NCBI GenBank assembly: GCA_031553045.1
Contig: JAVBLZ010000006.1
Location: 580,522-612,521 of the forward strand
DNA length: 32,000 bases
DNA from: Opitutales bacterium
GTDB taxonomy: Bacteria > Verrucomicrobiota > Verrucomicrobiia > Opitutales > Intestinicryptomonadaceae
Direction of reading: 5' to 3'
Position 1 is the stretch's first letter, and every line of letters begins with the position of its first letter. The translations under genes were made by a program, and so were the position numbers. Shown piece by piece: positions 30,804 through 32,000 of this stretch. The notes under the pieces were generated by a model. The model saw only the letters and a list, made by a program, of their open reading frames with translations. It was not told the origin of the DNA and ran no database searches.

Positions 30804-31226
30804 TTAAATAAAATATTGCGACACAAAAAGCGCCAAAGCGGCAAAAAATAATACCAACACTGTGGAAAGTTTTAGACGCAAAGTCAATAAATACACTATA
30901 ACCCACGCAAACAAAAATAAAAATGCGGAAAGACTTTGCATTGCCTGATACGCAAAATAAAACGCACCGCCTGCTGAAAAAGCGGCGCAGAATCTGGAAA
31001 TCCTGAACGCATCTTTTTTAAACAAAAATAGAGCCGCCGCCATAACTGATAACGCCAAAAGAAAATAGAAAAATACGGATTTAAAAAGCAATGCCTGCGT
31101 AATAGAACCCAATGGGAGCAGAATTACCAACGCAAGCCTTGCAAACTGAAATGACAAGAGCGTCAAATATGCAATCCTTTCAGCCTTTTTTAGGTCAAGA
31201 TTTTCAGAGGTATTTTCAGCGCTCAT
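30804..31226 (-). CDS. Small hypothetical membrane protein (about 4 TM segments)
   Basis: 140 aa, almost entirely hydrophobic helices. The start overlaps the nadK stop (ATGA at 31226-31223). I recognise no family. Confidence 0.5.
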   Translation of the reverse strand: MSAENTSENLDLKKAERIAYLTLLSFQFARLALVILLPLGSITQALLFKSVFFYFLLALSVMAAALFLFKKDAFRISRFCAAFSAGGAFYFAYQAMQSLSAFLFLFAWVIVYLLTLRLKLSTVLVLFFAALALFVSQYFI

Positions 31227-31999
31227 AGCTGGTTAGAGCCTTTAACTTTTCGCGGATTTTCCGCCCAACCGAGTTTGTTACGCAAAAGGCTGAAATGAGA
31301 ATGCGTTTTAAGCCTCAAAAATTTTAATCTGCTTTTGCTGACAAAAATTTCAAACTCAGAATTTTTTGGCAAATACACATCGTCCATGCCGTCGCATATC
31401 AAAACAGATTCATCAGCGCATCTGACAGAAACCTTTGAAGACGAATTTAAAACCACACTCCTATTTGTAAGGGTATGCGGACAAATCGGCGTCATAACAA
31501 AGACATTCGCAGAAGGCTGTATAAGAGGGCCGCCCGCAGAAAGGTTATAAGCCGTAGAACCCGTAGGCGTAGAAAATATGAGCCCGTCGGCGGCATAATT
31601 TGCAATGGGTTCATTGTCTATATACGTAGAAAATGTGGAAAGTTTAAGCGGATTTTTGCCCCTGATTACAAAATCATTCAACGCAATATCCCACTTTTTC
31701 TTGCCATCTGTCAGGCTTACTTCAAGCAAAACTCTCTCGGCAATTCTGTTTTCGCCATTGAGCAAATCTAAAAACAGCTCTTTGGAAATATCTGTGAACT
31801 GCGCCAAAAAACCAAGCTTGCCAACATTGATCCCAAAAATAGGGATGTCATATTTAACGGCGGGTTTAAGACACGCAAGTATGGTGCCGTCTCCGCCTAT
31901 CACGCAGCAGGCGTCTTTATTTTTAAAGCACGCCTCATCTACGGGGAAGGCGCAGCTCACTTCAACATTTACCCCGCTTTTCTTTGCGTAAGAAGACAA
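31223..31999 (-). CDS. nadK: NAD kinase, N-terminus beyond the window edge
   Basis: GGDGTILAC motif, NDFVI, and ADGLIFSTPTGSTAYNLSAGGP. The ORF is open to the window end, and the ORF-track first codon is a TTG at the edge, so the gene is partial. Confidence 0.85.
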   Translation of the reverse strand: MSSYAKKSGVNVEVSCAFPVDEACFKNKDACCVIGGDGTILACLKPAVKYDIPIFGINVGKLGFLAQFTDISKELFLDLLNGENRIAERVLLEVSLTDGKKKWDIALNDFVIRGKNPLKLSTFSTYIDNEPIANYAADGLIFSTPTGSTAYNLSAGGPLIQPSANVFVMTPICPHTLTNRSVVLNSSSKVSVRCADESVLICDGMDDVYLPKNSEFEIFVSKSRLKFLRLKTHSHFSLLRNKLGWAENPRKVKGSNQL

Positions 32000-32000
32000 T

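Overview
This is an AT-rich chromosomal window from a Gram-negative bacterium. It encodes a tripartite RND pump with lipoprotein outer-membrane and adaptor subunits, and a DAP-type MurE. I cannot assign the taxon. The very divergent FtsZ would fit a PVC-like lineage, but that is a guess.

Nt 1-16000 (+ strand) hold a division/cell-wall (dcw) cluster in the E. coli gene order: ftsI (5' end outside the window)-murE-murF-mraY-murD-[LysM protein]-ftsW-murG-murC-ddl-ftsQ-ftsA-ftsZ. Packing is very tight, with stop/start overlaps at ftsI/murE and ddl/ftsQ (TAATG) and murC/ddl (ATGA). A URO-D/MtaA-family gene and a strong intrinsic terminator follow.

Nt 17146-18092 are a non-coding gap of about 0.95 kb between convergent transcription units. 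It is filled with nested repeats: 55-bp tandem units, three copies of a ~130-nt rod-hairpin module, and a ~500-bp segmental duplication.

Nt 18093-32000 are all on the minus strand. In transcription order they are nadK (partial)-small membrane protein-YihY family-pdxH, then a secreted GH2 beta-galactosidase with its own promoter and terminator, then a tetR-adaptor-RND-outer membrane factor efflux operon.

I saw no tRNA/rRNA genes, CRISPR array, transposase/integrase or recognisable defence genes. I did not find a convincing new multi-gene system. The observation least explained by ordinary annotation is the structured repeat locus at 17.1-18.0 kb. Secondary oddities:
- a three-LysM protein inserted into the dcw cluster
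- a poly-acidic tail on MurF
- an FtsZ lacking the second T7-loop aspartate
- a ~230-aa insertion in the LacZ-type catalytic domain

All calls come from reading the sequence and the supplied translations. No database search was run.
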